A stretch of 20,000 bases of DNA from an uncultured virus (IMG/VR IMGVR_UViG_3300029967_000119) (taxonomy: Duplodnaviria > Heunggongvirae > Uroviricota > Caudoviricetes): the IMG/VR virus record IMGVR_UViG_3300029967_000119; one strand, given 5' to 3'. This document shows, piece by piece, positions 18,305 to 20,000 of the stretch (position 1 is the first letter of the stretch; each line of letters opens with the position of its first letter). Position numbers and translations under genes: made by a program. The notes beneath the pieces were generated by a model. The model searched no databases. It worked only from the letters and a program-made list of their open reading frames with translations, and was not told the DNA's origin.

Positions 18305-20000
18305 ATGGCTGAGTTTATAGTTGGGACTGGTTCTCCAGTATATGCTTCAATGCTTGAATATGCTGCACATCTTCCACTTGATGCAAAGTCAATAGCAAAC
18401 ACTTCAATAGAGCTATATCAACGCAAAAATGCATATGAAGGTGAATGGGTATATGCAAAAGACACTCACAAATTCTACTATTGCAAAGCGGCCACAGATA
18501 AAGGCTCAACTTGGAAAGAGTATGACGCAAGAGACATAAGCCTTGGAGCAGACATACCAAGCTCTAGATATACTAAGGCAATGAGCTTGTATGATGTCAT
18601 CTACAACATAGACTCTTCAATCAAAGCTAACAAAGATACTTTTGATGACCTCTCTACATATGTGTATGTCACAGTAGATACAAGCATCTTTGACATAAGC
18701 AACAGGCTGAATGACACATCTAACAGACTCAATGACACTTCTAATAGATTAAATGACCTTTCTACTTATGTAAGAGTTACAGTAGACACAAGCTTGTTTG
18801 ATATAAGCAATAGGCTCAACAATACAAGCAATAGGTTGAATGATATGTCGACCTACATTGACACGAACGTCAACAGCTCGATCAAGAACATCTCGACCTA
18901 CATCCACAAGACAGTTGACAATTCAATCTACAACTTGTCGACCTACATTGACACGAACGTCAACAGCTCGATCAAGAATGTGTCAAGCTATGTACACAAC
19001 CAGGTTGACACATCTATCAAGCGACTCAACAGCTCAGTCTCTAACTTGTCGACCTACATTGACACGAACGTCAACCCGTCTATCCTGAACATCTCGACCT
19101 ACATCCACAAGACAGTTGACACTTCAATCTACAACTTGTCGACCTACATTGACACGAACGTCAACAGCTCGATTAGAGACATATCTAACAATCTTGCATC
19201 TTCAGTCAAGTCTCTTACAGACAAGATTAACAGCAATGGCACAGATACACAAGCTAAGATAGACACTATAAACTCTCATCTCACTGCACTTGACTCATCA
19301 AGCAAAGTGACTATGACAGTCTCTAACCCAAGCAACTCTTCTCTTGCAGCGACATATACGCTCAAGCAAGGCACAACTACACTTGGCACAATATCAGTTC
19401 CTAAAGACACTTGGCTCAAAGGTGGTGAAGTCTCCACACACTCTGATGGTGTGAAGTATCTTGACTTGACTCTCTATGTCTATGACCCAGACTCTGGCAC
19501 CTCAACAAATGGAACTGTGAGCATACCACTCACCGACCTTGTAGATGTCTACACAGGAGCAAAGAGCTCAACGACTACTACATCTGTGAGTGCATCTAAT
19601 GTCATCACAGTTGAAGTGAATGCAAGCAACACTGCTACACTTAATGGAACTGCATATGTCTACAATGGCTCTGTTGCTAAGTCATATAGTTGGTACGCTC
19701 CAACTACTGCCGGAACTGCTGGATATGTGCTTGTAGCTGGAGCAGGTGGAACTAACACTCCAGGATGACAAAGTGTTGCAACTGCTGGATTGAGGGGCTA
19801 CCAAGGCTACCAAGGCCGTCAAGGCCCTACTGGCCCACAAGGACCACAAGGCAGGCAGGGATACCAAGGCCCACAAGGCCCTACTGGCCCACAAGGACCA
19901 CAAGGCAGGCAGGGATACCAAGGCCCACAAGGCCCTACTGGCCCACAAGGACCACAAGGCAGGCAGGGATACCAAGGCCCACAAGGCCCTACTGGCCCAC
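18305..20000 (+). CDS. Long fibre-like virion protein: coiled-coil repeat stalk then collagen repeats; in-frame TGA at 19766-19768; continues beyond the window
   Basis: After the TGA the frame continues GTNTPG[TGA][35 protein letters not shown]... with no stop to the edge. Confidence 0.85.
18647..19177 (+). repeat. Intragenic 45-nt (15-aa) and 21-nt (7-aa) repeats
   Basis: Nine 15-mers of type [15 protein letters not shown] / [15 protein letters not shown] interleaved with DTSNRLN-type heptads; TGTCGACCTACATTGACACGAACGTCAAC occurs four times. Confidence 0.9.
19820..20000 (+). repeat. Perfect 54-bp tandem repeat encoding collagen-like [18 protein letters not shown]
   Basis: Units start at 19820, 19874, 19928 and 19982 (the last is truncated by the window edge). 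Confidence 0.95.

Noticed and set aside
18846..20000. Repeats as a CRISPR array or a DGR template/variable pair
   Set aside because: The units are codon-multiple (21, 45, 54 nt), in frame in a coding region, have no unique spacers, and no cas or reverse transcriptase gene is in the window.
1..20000. Eukaryotic or cellular origin (collagen repeats, low CpG)
   Set aside because: Intronless, densely packed genes with T4-like gp41, gp46, gp47 and gp53 homologues, an S74 chaperone and T4-late-type promoters indicate a bacteriophage.

Overview
Segment of a large, T4-related (jumbo/mega-type) dsDNA phage genome. Replication and recombination genes (gp46/gp47 Rad50/Mre11-like nuclease, gp41/DnaB helicase, N-terminal half of a split family B DNA polymerase, DinG/Rad3-like Fe-S helicase) alternate with virion-type genes (two collagen-containing fibre proteins, one with a peptidase S74 chaperone domain; a gp53/LysM-like baseplate protein; a beta-helix-like protein; two large unknown proteins) and with a TM2 / acidic protein / DUF616-GT2 glycosyltransferase unit. 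The main signal is stop-codon reassignment. Nine in-frame TGA codons interrupt six otherwise continuous genes, one of them cutting off catalytic motif I of the gp47 nuclease, while all 14 genes that end inside the window stop at TAA (11) or TAG (3). TGA is therefore a sense codon, most likely Trp (code 4), and the supplied standard-code ORF track fragments several genes. TGA is a minority Trp codon and is absent from the helicase and polymerase genes. Two promoter classes are visible: a sigma70-like GAC(A/T)T-N16-TAAAATCT motif before replication genes and a T4-late-like ATAAATA motif before structural genes. All calls come from manual translation and motif recognition; no database search was run.
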